Shown: positions 9,667-19,525, counted from the stretch's first letter. The stretch is DNA of 32,954 nucleotides from an uncultured Methanobrevibacter sp. (GCA_964418715.1 CAYQMW010000003.1:1-32954), one strand, 5' to 3'. Notes: generated by a model from the sequence alone, not told the origin. Numbers and translations are program-made.

Positions 9667-10086
9667 ATTTCAAGTGTAAAAAAGTTGTAATTTTTTAAAA
9701 AAAATAAAGTACAACTGCAAGTGTAATATTGATATTTATCTTTTATAAATATTTCTATATTTTGAATTTTTCACTGACAGTGTGTGAGATATATTTCAAG
9801 TGTATGCAACATTTGTAAAAAATGAAAATCATAAGGTGCATTTCAAGTGTAAAATTTTTTAAATATTTTCATATGAACATGTGATAGATTTTTGAAAATT
9901 TTTAGTGAGAGATAAAAATTATGATTTTTACAGTGGAAATATACCCCTTAAGTCATAGTATATCCTCGAATATGTTTCACTGGAAATACCTCTCTCACAC
10001 TGGAAGATTAAAAAATCATATTAAAAAAATAAAATTATAATCTTTAAAATTTCATAAAAAATTATTAAGTACAATTTCAAGTATAA
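9667..10086. other. Probable chromosomal replication origin (oriC) with mini-ORB repeats
   Basis: 13-bp elements related to TTACACTTGAAAT. One orientation: 9667-9679 ATTTCAAGTGTAA, 9714-9726 ACTGCAAGTGTAA, 9773-9785 (degenerate), 9793-9805 ATTTCAAGTGTAT, 9840-9852 ATTTCAAGTGTAA, 10074-10086 ATTTCAAGTATAA. Opposite orientation: 9928-9940 TTACAGTGGAAAT, 9975-9987 TTTCACTGGAAAT, 9995-10007 TCACACTGGAAGA. All lie in a ~890-bp intergenic region directly upstream of cdc6. Confidence 0.9.
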
Positions 10087-10384
10087 AAGAGAAATTTTTA
10101 CAACATTTTTTTAATAAATATATTAAAATTTTAGTCAAATAGAAAAATAAAATATAAAATGTTATCATATCAGATTATCTATTATATTTCAAATTTTATA
10201 CATAATATAATAACATAATAAATAAATAAAAATAATAAATAAAAATAGTAATAAAATTAAAAAATAGAATAATAATAAAAATAAACATATATTATTAATT
10301 ATATTAACAATTAATAAATTATTATTATTTAATATAATAAAATATTAATTATTAATTATTTATATTAAAAATAAGATTAAAATA

Positions 10385-10858
10385 TTATAATTCATCAATA
10401 TTTATGTTTTTTTGAGAGAATGTTCTCTCGATAAGCCATAGACATTGAAGTTTTGCTTTGTAGATTCTTTTTATTGTATGAATTAAATTGTCTTTTGTAA
10501 GGCCGTCTTCAAATATTTCATCTGTTATAAGAAAACGTGTAAGTTCATTATCAGGATGGTTTAATTCAAAATCAACTAAAAACTGATTTAAACCAAATCG
10601 CATTGACCATATGAAATTTTCTTTCATTTGATCAGTTGCATTGTTAATCATTTCTTTTTGTTCAGCCGCTATTTCAGTTGCACAACCAACAAGAATCATA
10701 TCCTCTTTTCCAACAGGTTGAATTAAATCCATCATATGATCTGGAGGATAATTTATAATATAGTGAAAATTAGCCTTTGCATCTTCAATTTGATTGTTTA
10801 ATAAACCTTCATCATTTAACCATTTAAGCAGTAAGTTTTGATCTATCATTTTATTCAC
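10385..10858 (-). CDS. Conserved archaeal hypothetical protein (DUF2299-like)
   Basis: Clean 157-aa ORF. WL.DEG, ANFHYIINYP and IFEDGLTKD resemble the conserved archaeal protein recalled beside Methanobacteriales cdc6/oriC. The family call is from memory. Confidence 0.65.
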   Translation of the reverse strand: MNKMIDQNLLLKWLNDEGLLNNQIEDAKANFHYIINYPPDHMMDLIQPVGKEDMILVGCATEIAAEQKEMINNATDQMKENFIWSMRFGLNQFLVDFELNHPDNELTRFLITDEIFEDGLTKDNLIHTIKRIYKAKLQCLWLIERTFSQKNINIDEL

Positions 10859-11134
10859 ATTATTTAATTATTGTACTAAAACAAATCTTATAATCTATTT
10901 ATTTATTAAATAATATTTTTTAATATATAATATTCAATATGATTATATTATTTTATATTTTTTATATTATTTTTTATTTTATTTTTAATTAATTTTTTAT
11001 TTTTTTATTTAATTAACAATATTTTAATTATAATTTTATTTTCATTTATCAAATGATTTGAAAATTTTTTAAAAATAATAATAAAAATTCCCAATAAATG
11101 ATATAGAATATATATTATACTCATTAAAATAAAA

Positions 11135-12244
11135 ATGATGATAAATATTATTCTTTATGACAATTTTTTTATAACAATTGTATTATTTTTTTCAGTATTT
11201 CTAATTGCATTAATAATTGATGGAGTTTTAGGTGAATTTCCAAATGCAATACATCCTGTTGTTATAATTGGAAAACTAATTGCAATAGTAAAATTACTCC
11301 TTAAAGATATAGACATGTATATAGGAGGTCTATTATTATTTGTAGGAGTTATGGGTGTATTTTTAATCGCTGCTAATATTATATATTTAGTTGTTAAATT
11401 CTTACCTTTAATTTTTATTATATTTATTGTTGGAATACTGTTTTCACAGGCATTTTCAATTAAAATATTACTTGATTCAGCAGAAAGGATAAGATATTCT
11501 CTTGAGCAAAAAGATCTTAATACAAGTCGTCGTGAAGTGGGAAAACTTGTTAGTAGGAAAACTGATAATTTGAAAAGGCCTCATCTTATATCTGCTACTA
11601 TTGAAACATTAACTGAAAATATTACAGATTCTGTTGTTGGTCCAATATTCTATTATTTTGTATTTGGAATTATTAGCATAAGTGTATTCTGCTATTATCA
11701 TATATTTGACAATGAGTTTATTATAACCAATTTAAACCTTTTTGTAATGAATAATCTTGGTTTAAGCCCAAATAGTTTTGTAATCGATATAATTTATATA
11801 TCTTTACTTTTAGCATTTGTCTATCGTGTAATAAATACAATGGATGCTATGGTTGGATATAAAAAATATCACAAATTCGGATTTATTCCTGCAAAAGTTG
11901 ATGATATAGTTAATTTAATACCTGCAAGAATTACAGGTTATTTAATGGTTATTGCTAGTTATATACTTTCAATGGATTGGAGAAACAGTTATAGAATAAT
12001 GAAAAGAGATGCTAGAAATTGTGAAAGTCCTAATTCAGGTTATCCTATGGCAGCTTGTGCAGGTGCACTTGATATACAACTAGAGAAAAAAAATAGTTAT
12101 GTTATGGGTGATGAATTTAAACCACTTGAAACATATGATATTAGAAGAGCATATAACTTAAGCAGATGGACTATATTTTTATTTATTTTAGCACAAGTAT
12201 TTTTAACATTACTTTTAATTGTTATAATATGGTTTATAGTCTAA
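11135..12244 (+). CDS. cbiB: Cobalamin biosynthesis protein CbiB/CobD (adenosylcobinamide-phosphate synthase)
   Basis: GEFPNAIHPVV.IG, LVSR.T, IETLTENITDSVVGP, YRVINTMDAMVGYK, DDIVNLIPARIT and SPNSGYPMAACAGAL; multiple TM segments. Confidence 0.93.
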   Translation: MMINIILYDNFFITIVLFFSVFLIALIIDGVLGEFPNAIHPVVIIGKLIAIVKLLLKDIDMYIGGLLLFVGVMGVFLIAANIIYLVVKFLPLIFIIFIVGILFSQAFSIKILLDSAERIRYSLEQKDLNTSRREVGKLVSRKTDNLKRPHLISATIETLTENITDSVVGPIFYYFVFGIISISVFCYYHIFDNEFIITNLNLFVMNNLGLSPNSFVIDIIYISLLLAFVYRVINTMDAMVGYKKYHKFGFIPAKVDDIVNLIPARITGYLMVIASYILSMDWRNSYRIMKRDARNCESPNSGYPMAACAGALDIQLEKKNSYVMGDEFKPLETYDIRRAYNLSRWTIFLFILAQVFLTLLLIVIIWFIV

Positions 12245-12466
12245 TCAAGTATTTTTTTACTTATTAGATTTATTAAATATTTATTATTTTTTAACTTTTT
12301 TTTATTTTTTAGATTTTTTAAAAAAATTAATTTATTATAAAAATCATAACTACTTTTAAGAAAAATGTAATTTTTAAATTAATTATAATTGAAATTATTA
12401 CTTAATTAACAATTTAAAAATATTTTTTTTACAATAATTTATTTTTACAATTTTAAAGGTAATATT

Positions 12467-13630
12467 ATGAAAATAGCAATATTAACAGTTACAGATAATG
12501 GATTAGAATTAGCAGAATATATAAAAGCTAAATTAGATCATGATTATACTGTAATTAGATGTGATATTCATCATAAAAATATTATGAAAAATATTGAAGA
12601 GGATTTTAAAAACTATGATGGTATTATATCAATAATGGCAACAGGTATTACCATAAGAGCAATAGCACCATATGTTCAATCTAAAGTAAGTGATCCTGCA
12701 GTATTGGCTATTGATGAAAAGGGTAAGTATGTTGTTAGTCTTTTATCTGGTCATTTAGGAGGCGGAAATGCTTTATGCGGTAAAATTGCTAAAATTATTA
12801 ATGGTGAAGCTGTAATATCCACATCTACTGATGTTAATTTTAAGTATGGTATTGATTCTATTGCTTCAAGATACTTTTATACTATTGATGATACTAAAAA
12901 AATCCTTCCATTCAATAAGGCTATTTTAGAAAATATTCCTTTAAATATTCGCTCTGATAAGGATTTAAGTTATTTAACTAAATATTTCATTGGAAGTACA
13001 TTTAATCAGGTCAACATAGATCAGTTAAGTTTTGATAATAAAGATTTAAATGAGGATGAGGATATTTATTCATCCACTAATGATTCAAGTGAAAATGAAC
13101 TTGTTCAATCATCTGATAAAGATTTGAGTACTGATGAGGATGGATTAGTATCTTCTGATGATAATGATAATATAGATGATATTCCACTATCTATTGTTAA
13201 TTTTTCATTTGAAAAAGATAATGAAATTCACAATATGAATATGAAGGAGAAAAAGTTAGTCATAGGTATTGGTTCAAGACGTGGTAAGACAAAAGAAAAT
13301 GTGATTCTTGCAATTGAAGAAGCTATTAAAAATTTGAATATACCTTTAAGCAGAGTGAATAGTATTGCAACAATTTCAATTAAAAAAGACGAACTTGGTA
13401 TTATTAATGCAACAAGTGATTTAGATAAGAAACTTGAAATTATTGATATAGATGTTGTTCGTAATTTTCACTCAGATGACTGTTCAAAATCAGACTTTGT
13501 ATATGAAAAATTCCAAATAGATGGTGTATGTGAACAATGTGCTATGATAGCAGCAGGTGAAGATTCTAAACTAATTCATAGAAAACTAGGATTAGATGGT
13601 GTAACAGTAGCTGTGGCTATTTCCAAGTAA
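12467..13630 (+). CDS. cbiG: Cobalt-precorrin-5A hydrolase with an internal acidic insertion
   Basis: MATGITIR.IAP, DPAVLAIDE, SLLSGHLGGGN, VISTSTD, GIGSRRG, GVCEQCA and GVTVAVA. Confidence 0.93.
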   Translation: MKIAILTVTDNGLELAEYIKAKLDHDYTVIRCDIHHKNIMKNIEEDFKNYDGIISIMATGITIRAIAPYVQSKVSDPAVLAIDEKGKYVVSLLSGHLGGGNALCGKIAKIINGEAVISTSTDVNFKYGIDSIASRYFYTIDDTKKILPFNKAILENIPLNIRSDKDLSYLTKYFIGSTFNQVNIDQLSFDNKDLNEDEDIYSSTNDSSENELVQSSDKDLSTDEDGLVSSDDNDNIDDIPLSIVNFSFEKDNEIHNMNMKEKKLVIGIGSRRGKTKENVILAIEEAIKNLNIPLSRVNSIATISIKKDELGIINATSDLDKKLEIIDIDVVRNFHSDDCSKSDFVYEKFQIDGVCEQCAMIAAGEDSKLIHRKLGLDGVTVAVAISK

Positions 13631-13680
13631 ATAAATTTTTTAGACTTTTTCGTGTATTATCAGCTTATTTTAACTGATTT

Positions 13681-14886
13681 CTATTTTCTTATAAGGTCAA
13701 TTACTTTTCTTGATGCTTGACCATCATCAAATTCATTGAACTTTTCATTGAATTTAATATATTTATCTCCATAGACTTCTTCATAGGTTTCTAAACGGTT
13801 TTGAATAAATTCAACAAGATCTTTTGTAGTCATACATATTGGACCTGGAACCTCTTCTACCATATCAAAGTAAAAGTCTCTTAGATTATTTTTATAATTA
13901 TCTAAATCATAGGTATAGAAAAGCATAGGTCTTTTTAACAGTGCATAATCAAACATTACAGATGAATAATCAGTAATCATAATGTCAGACACAAGATATA
14001 GTTCCTGTATATCCCAGTCAGCATCACATTCAATTACAAAATCGCCATATTTACTCCAGTCAATATTGTCTTTAACAAGATAATGGAATTTGACAATTAG
14101 ATAATATTCATCTTTAAGATCTTCATAAAGCATGTCAAAGTCCATTTCAGTTGCAAATTTATATTCTCCTTTTTGATAAAATTCATTATCTCTCCAGGTT
14201 GGAGCATAAAGGATGATTTTTTTATCTTTTGGAATGTTTAATTTTGATTTAATATTATCAATGTCTTTTGGATTGTTTTTATTAATTAATATATCATTTC
14301 TTGGATAACCTATCTCAAGCATTTCACCTTTAAAGTCAAATGCACGTCTGAAAATCTCTGATGAGTAGGTATTTTGTGATATAAGATATTGCCACACATG
14401 TGAATTTTTTCTAAAATCATCATGATATTGGGTTATGTCCTGATTTCCGCTCATATCAATATAATCCATATCAAGAGCTAATTTTTTAAGTGGTGTTCCA
14501 TGCCAGGTTTGTACATATTTAGTGTTTTTATTTTTTTTAAGATAATACAAGTGTCTTGAATCAAATATCCATGTTCCACTTCTAAGTGTATAATATAAAA
14601 ATCTAAAAAAAGGCTTTTTGACCTTTACCGGATTACCAGGAATTTGTACTTTTGTATTTGTAAGTACCCAAACAGATTTAAACTCCTTATCAAGGCCCTG
14701 GTTTAGGATTTCTTCATAAACAGATTTTGGATTACCAGTATAATTACGGCCATTACTTGATTCAAAAAGGATAATATTTTCATTTGGAGGTATAATATAT
14801 GAAGCTATATAATATAAAGCCCTTGCAGAATATTTAGCACAATTATAAATTATATCCTTTATTTGTTTTTTAAATGTTTTAGCCAT
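13681..14886 (-). CDS. CDP-glycerol glycerophosphotransferase (TagF/TagB family)
   Basis: ILFESSNGRNY.GNP, QTWHGTPLKK, GYPRND, ILYAPTWRD, VKFH and ITDYSSVMFDY. Both catalytic His motifs are present. Confidence 0.93.
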   Translation of the reverse strand: MAKTFKKQIKDIIYNCAKYSARALYYIASYIIPPNENIILFESSNGRNYTGNPKSVYEEILNQGLDKEFKSVWVLTNTKVQIPGNPVKVKKPFFRFLYYTLRSGTWIFDSRHLYYLKKNKNTKYVQTWHGTPLKKLALDMDYIDMSGNQDITQYHDDFRKNSHVWQYLISQNTYSSEIFRRAFDFKGEMLEIGYPRNDILINKNNPKDIDNIKSKLNIPKDKKIILYAPTWRDNEFYQKGEYKFATEMDFDMLYEDLKDEYYLIVKFHYLVKDNIDWSKYGDFVIECDADWDIQELYLVSDIMITDYSSVMFDYALLKRPMLFYTYDLDNYKNNLRDFYFDMVEEVPGPICMTTKDLVEFIQNRLETYEEVYGDKYIKFNEKFNEFDDGQASRKVIDLIRK

Positions 14887-15010
14887 ATTATCCCTTTTTT
14901 GATTTAGTTAAATATTTTTTTTTAGTTTATTAAATTATAATTATATTTTGTTTATTTTAATTAAATTCCAATACTTATTTATTTTATTTTAGTTAAATTA
15001 CAAATTAAAC

Positions 15011-15778
15011 TTAACTTTCAAGTTCATCTACTAGTTTTTGAGCATATTCCCAATCATTATGATCATCAATTTCGCTCCATTTTAATCCATTTGTTAGGAC
15101 AAAGTCAATAGGTTTAATTTCACTTAAATCTTTAAATGAAAAATCATAATAGTTTTGAGGATCTTCATTTATTGACTCATTTAAAAATCTATTAAAGTCA
15201 TTAATATCAGATTTAATTACTTTTGATACTCCAATAAATTCACCAGTAGAACTAGGAATATCCAATCCTTTACCGATGGAGTTTATTACCCCATCTGCAA
15301 TGGATTTATCAGAGTTAAAACTTTCATTATCAATAATTAACTTAAAAGATTCTTCATTTAAGTCTTTAAAGTTGTCAATAATCATAGCAGTATTATCTGT
15401 TTTTGCAAGTCTTTTTATAATTAATGGATCTACCACATTATCTCCATTTACTAGGATAAAGTCATCTGGGCTCTCTTTTTCTATATATGTACTTGCAAGA
15501 TAAGTTGAAACAGATGTATTAGTTACATCATATTTTTCATTAGTAATGGTTTTAATTTCAATATTGTATTTATTTTCAAGTTCTTTAGATAAATCTTCTA
15601 CCTTCTTCCCATTATATCCAACTACAACAATGAATTTGTTAATATCTGCATCAATACAGTTTTTTATCATTCTCTCAAGTAAACTTATATTATTTATTTT
15701 AAGAAGTGCCTTTGGAATATCTTTTGTAAGAGGCATTAATCTTGTACCCATACCTGCTGCTAAAATTACACCTATCAT
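15011..15778 (-). CDS. LicC/IPCT-like nucleotidyltransferase (putative polyol-phosphate cytidylyltransferase)
   Basis: ILAAGMGTRL.PLT...PKALL, VVGY, N.KYDVTN, LVNGD, GEFIG and WSEIDDHND. Start moved from 15826 (overlaps gpsA) to ATG 15778, which follows a GTGA SD. Confidence 0.85.
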   Translation of the reverse strand: MIGVILAAGMGTRLMPLTKDIPKALLKINNISLLERMIKNCIDADINKFIVVVGYNGKKVEDLSKELENKYNIEIKTITNEKYDVTNTSVSTYLASTYIEKESPDDFILVNGDNVVDPLIIKRLAKTDNTAMIIDNFKDLNEESFKLIIDNESFNSDKSIADGVINSIGKGLDIPSSTGEFIGVSKVIKSDINDFNRFLNESINEDPQNYYDFSFKDLSEIKPIDFVLTNGLKWSEIDDHNDWEYAQKLVDELES

Positions 15779-15807
15779 ATTATCACAATAAAACTTTATT
15801 AATTTAT

Positions 15808-16773
15808 TTATTCTATATTGCTCCATAATGTTTTAAAAGCTATTTTTGGAGGAATCTGTTTAACAATCACATCATATACAAAATCTACAATTACACTTTT
15901 AGTACCAGTATTTGTACAAATGTCTTTAATAGCCATTATTGAATTTTTACCTTCAAAAACAATACCACTAGCTTTCTCATCAACAATGATTCTCTGACCA
16001 TATAACATACCAAGTGTATGGTTTCTACTTTCTGATGAGGTTGAAGTTAAAACCAAATCACCAAAACCACAATATTCACTTGCTGTTGATGTATTTCCGC
16101 CAAAGGCTTTTATTATATCTTTTGTTTCTCTAAATCCTTTTGTAAGTACTGAATATCTTGCATTTTCATTAATATTCATACCTTCACATATTCCATTAGC
16201 TATTGCATTAATGTTTTTAATTACACCTGATAATTCAAGACCAAGTACATCATCAATAATTTTTACTTTAAAATCATCTGTTTCAAGTGTCTGTTTAACT
16301 ATTTTAGCATTTTTCATATTATATGATGCAATATTTGTAATGGTTGGAAGGTTTAATACAATTTCAGATGCAAAGTTTGGCCCTGAAAGGGCAACATAAT
16401 TATTATCATAATATTCTTCAATGATTTTACCCATTGTTTTAAGTGAAGGATATTCAATACCCTTTGCAGTTGTAACAAGAATTGTATCCTCACTAATTAC
16501 TTCTTTTAAATCTATAAGCATTTCTCTAAAGCCAGATGAAGGTATTGATAAAAAGATAATTTCACATAGTTTTAAGTCGTTTATATCAGTTGTTGCAGTA
16601 ATATTATCTTTTAGCATTGTATTTGGATAATATTCACTATTGTAATGGTTTTCATTTATACTTCTTTTTAGTTCTTCTTTTCTTAAGTAAAGGATTACTT
16701 CATCAACATTTAATGCTACTGTTTGAGCAATTGCTGTTCCTAAACTTCCAGCACCAATAATACCTACCTTCAT
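15808..16773 (-). CDS. gpsA: NAD(P)H-dependent sn-glycerol-3-phosphate dehydrogenase (bacterial GpsA family)
   Basis: GAGSLGTAIA Rossmann motif, AKGIE, LSGPNFASEI, catalytic KN in GVIKNINAIANG, and GFGDLVLT...SRN. Confidence 0.92.
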   Translation of the reverse strand: MKVGIIGAGSLGTAIAQTVALNVDEVILYLRKEELKRSINENHYNSEYYPNTMLKDNITATTDINDLKLCEIIFLSIPSSGFREMLIDLKEVISEDTILVTTAKGIEYPSLKTMGKIIEEYYDNNYVALSGPNFASEIVLNLPTITNIASYNMKNAKIVKQTLETDDFKVKIIDDVLGLELSGVIKNINAIANGICEGMNINENARYSVLTKGFRETKDIIKAFGGNTSTASEYCGFGDLVLTSTSSESRNHTLGMLYGQRIIVDEKASGIVFEGKNSIMAIKDICTNTGTKSVIVDFVYDVIVKQIPPKIAFKTLWSNIE

Positions 16774-16856
16774 TTAATCACCATTAACTTTAATTTTTAG
16801 CTATTTTAGATTTAATCTTAATTTATTAGTATTTTAGATTTGATTAGAGTAATATT

Positions 16857-17987
16857 TTAATCTTTACCTATTTTAGATTTAAAACGACTAGTTAAATTGT
16901 CTTTCTTATAATCAATCCATCCTTTAGTTGATTTAACAGTTTTAATTTCACTTGTTAATCGTTCATTTTGTTTAGAATAATAGTTATAATTTCTCTCTTT
17001 CTCACGTATATAGATTAATTCATCTATTTTTCCTTCAATTAAAAAATCATATTTAATCTTATTAATCATTGTAAGATTTTCAAACAGTTCTTTTGGAAAA
17101 TCTTCAATAATCGGTTTAATATCATTAATTATAAATTCTCTATACTCCACATCACCAATATCGATTTGGTCTATAAATAATCTGTAATCAATTTCAAGTA
17201 ATTTAAAGTGATATGCATCTAGAAGACTCTTATATTTTTCGTCTGATTTAAATAAATCTTCTATTTTGTTTATTATAAAAATACGATCTTCAATATTCTT
17301 TTTATTTGTCCTATCTTGTGTAGTTGATTTATTAGATTTATCTCTTCGACGTCTCCAGTAATATTTTACCTCTGGTAAAACACCAACAGAATCAGTTGAT
17401 GAGAACAGTTCCATTGAAAAGAGTAAGTCTTCATATAATCTGTCAATAAATTCTATATTGTTGTCAACTAAGAGGCTTGTTTTAATTAATTTATTACAAG
17501 GTGAAGTGTCATAGACAAATTCAGGATGTTCTAATATACTGCTTTTAGTTACTTTTTCTTGAATAGATCTCTCATGAAGTTCACTTCCACCTATTATACC
17601 TTTATGGTCAAATCTTACAACATTAAACAGTACCATATCAAGATCATTTTCAAGTGAAAAATTTAGAACCTTTTCATATCCATCCAAATCAATTTTATCA
17701 TCACTGTCCATAAAGGCAATATATTCACCTTTAACATATTTAAGTGCAATATTTCTAGCTATTGCCTGACCTGTATTTTCTTTATTGTATAATACTTTTA
17801 CTCTTTCATCAGATGCAGCATATTTTTCTAATATTTTAGGTGAATCATCACTAGACTTATCATCAATACATATTATTTCAATATCTTTAATGCTTTGATT
17901 TATAAGACTATCTAAACATTCTTCTAGATAAGTAGAGGTATTATATACAGGTACTATAATACTTATTTTTGGATTATCTAAAGACAT
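16857..17987 (-). CDS. Glycosyltransferase family 2
   Basis: ISIIVPVYN, EIICIDDKSSD, ARNIAL, GEYIAFMDSDD, CNKL and YEDLLF. Confidence 0.92.
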   Translation of the reverse strand: MSLDNPKISIIVPVYNTSTYLEECLDSLINQSIKDIEIICIDDKSSDDSPKILEKYAASDERVKVLYNKENTGQAIARNIALKYVKGEYIAFMDSDDKIDLDGYEKVLNFSLENDLDMVLFNVVRFDHKGIIGGSELHERSIQEKVTKSSILEHPEFVYDTSPCNKLIKTSLLVDNNIEFIDRLYEDLLFSMELFSSTDSVGVLPEVKYYWRRRRDKSNKSTTQDRTNKKNIEDRIFIINKIEDLFKSDEKYKSLLDAYHFKLLEIDYRLFIDQIDIGDVEYREFIINDIKPIIEDFPKELFENLTMINKIKYDFLIEGKIDELIYIREKERNYNYYSKQNERLTSEIKTVKSTKGWIDYKKDNLTSRFKSKIGKD

Positions 17988-18109
17988 CTTATCACCTATT
18001 AGTTTAAATCATTATTTATTTTCTTTAAAAGTAATTTCTTTAAATTTTATAATTTAAAAACGATTTATTAATCTTAAAGTTTTTATTATTAGTTTTAATT
18101 TGATATAAT

Positions 18110-19303
18110 TCATTTAATTTTATCTTTAATATCTCTAATTGGTTTAGTCATTTTCCAGCTTGTTGAGTTTAATATTTCATTTTGTGTTTTTTTAAGTTTA
18201 TTATTTTCTTTGGTTAATTTTCTATTATTTGACCTTAATTTTTTATATTCAGCTTTTAACCTTTTATATTCTTTTATATTCTCATGATACCTTTTTTCTC
18301 TAATTGTTGCACGTTTTATCATTCTTAAGAAATAATTATTTTTAAAATCACCATATTCTATATTATTGAAAAACACATTAAATGGGTAATTATCATTAAA
18401 GAAATTAGAGTTTCTAAAGTTTTTATAAACATCACTGTTTAATAATTCATCTACAACTTCTCTTTTTAGGGTATTATCTTCAAGTTTATCCCTTATTCTA
18501 TTAACATAAGAATAGAGATTATTAGTTATTAATGCTGTAGTCATATATTCATTAATTTCATATTTTTCACATATATCTAACAGGTTTGTATATGCTATTA
18601 AGCTATTTTTAAGCTGTTTTAGATTAATGTTATTTGATACAGACTTATCTTCACCATCTCTAATATTATAGTTATAAACTGAATAATTGTTAATTAATAC
18701 AATCTTTTTTGCTTTAAAATAAGCTTCATTTACAAACAATAGGTCTTGAGCAGAAATATCTTCTCTAAATTTAAGATCATTGTTTAGTATAAAATCTTTT
18801 CTAAAGAGTTTTGAAGCTATTGCAGGAGCAAGATCCATTAATTTTAATTCATTTTGAGAATCAGATACAATTGTAGTCTCACTATCTCCATTTATACTTT
18901 TATCTTTTATAGTATTATCTGAATTTAGACGGGTATATCCTCCAATTGCAATATCAGTATCTCCATCTTGTGAGATTACATTATATAACCTTTCAAGGCC
19001 ATCAGTGTTTAGATAATCATCACCATCTAAAAATAAAACATATTTGGAGCTGGCATTTTTAAGACCAATATTACGTGGTCTTCCTCCATATCCACTGTTT
19101 GTATCTAGATGAATAACTTTAACATTACTAAACTCATCTGCCCACCTGTCAATAAACTCAACACTCTTATCACTTGAAAAATCATCAACAAATATTACTT
19201 CAATATTTGAAAATCCAATACTTTGATTTTTTATACTTTCAAAGTTTTTTTCAATATATTTTTCAAGATTAAAAACAGGTACAATTACTGAAATTTTATA
19301 CAT
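18110..19303 (-). CDS. Glycosyltransferase family 2 with C-terminal coiled coil
   Basis: ISVIVPVFN, VDDFSSD, PRNIGL, FLDGDD and QDLLF, then a K/E/N-rich heptad tail ending ILNSTSWKMTKPIR. Start taken at ATG 19303. Confidence 0.92.
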   Translation of the reverse strand: MYKISVIVPVFNLEKYIEKNFESIKNQSIGFSNIEVIFVDDFSSDKSVEFIDRWADEFSNVKVIHLDTNSGYGGRPRNIGLKNASSKYVLFLDGDDYLNTDGLERLYNVISQDGDTDIAIGGYTRLNSDNTIKDKSINGDSETTIVSDSQNELKLMDLAPAIASKLFRKDFILNNDLKFREDISAQDLLFVNEAYFKAKKIVLINNYSVYNYNIRDGEDKSVSNNINLKQLKNSLIAYTNLLDICEKYEINEYMTTALITNNLYSYVNRIRDKLEDNTLKREVVDELLNSDVYKNFRNSNFFNDNYPFNVFFNNIEYGDFKNNYFLRMIKRATIREKRYHENIKEYKRLKAEYKKLRSNNRKLTKENNKLKKTQNEILNSTSWKMTKPIRDIKDKIK

Positions 19304-19525
19304 CAAATCACACAAGAAATATATTATTAGTAATTTATTTAATTTAATCCTTATAATAATTTTGAATATTCTTAGTTTTTTTAAGTTTAGATTTATGTTT
19401 TTTTAAAATCAGTATTGATAAAATATTTTTTATTTAATTAATTCAATTCATAAATTATAAATTATTTTTTAAAATTAGTCAGATTAAAAAATTGTTAATA
19501 ATTTTATTTTAAAAAAAGAAGGGGT

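Noticed and set aside
9667-10086. Spaced repeats containing TTGAAA, considered as a CRISPR array
   Set aside because: They are only 13 bp, irregularly spaced and in both orientations, with no cas genes. Position beside cdc6 fits mini-ORBs.
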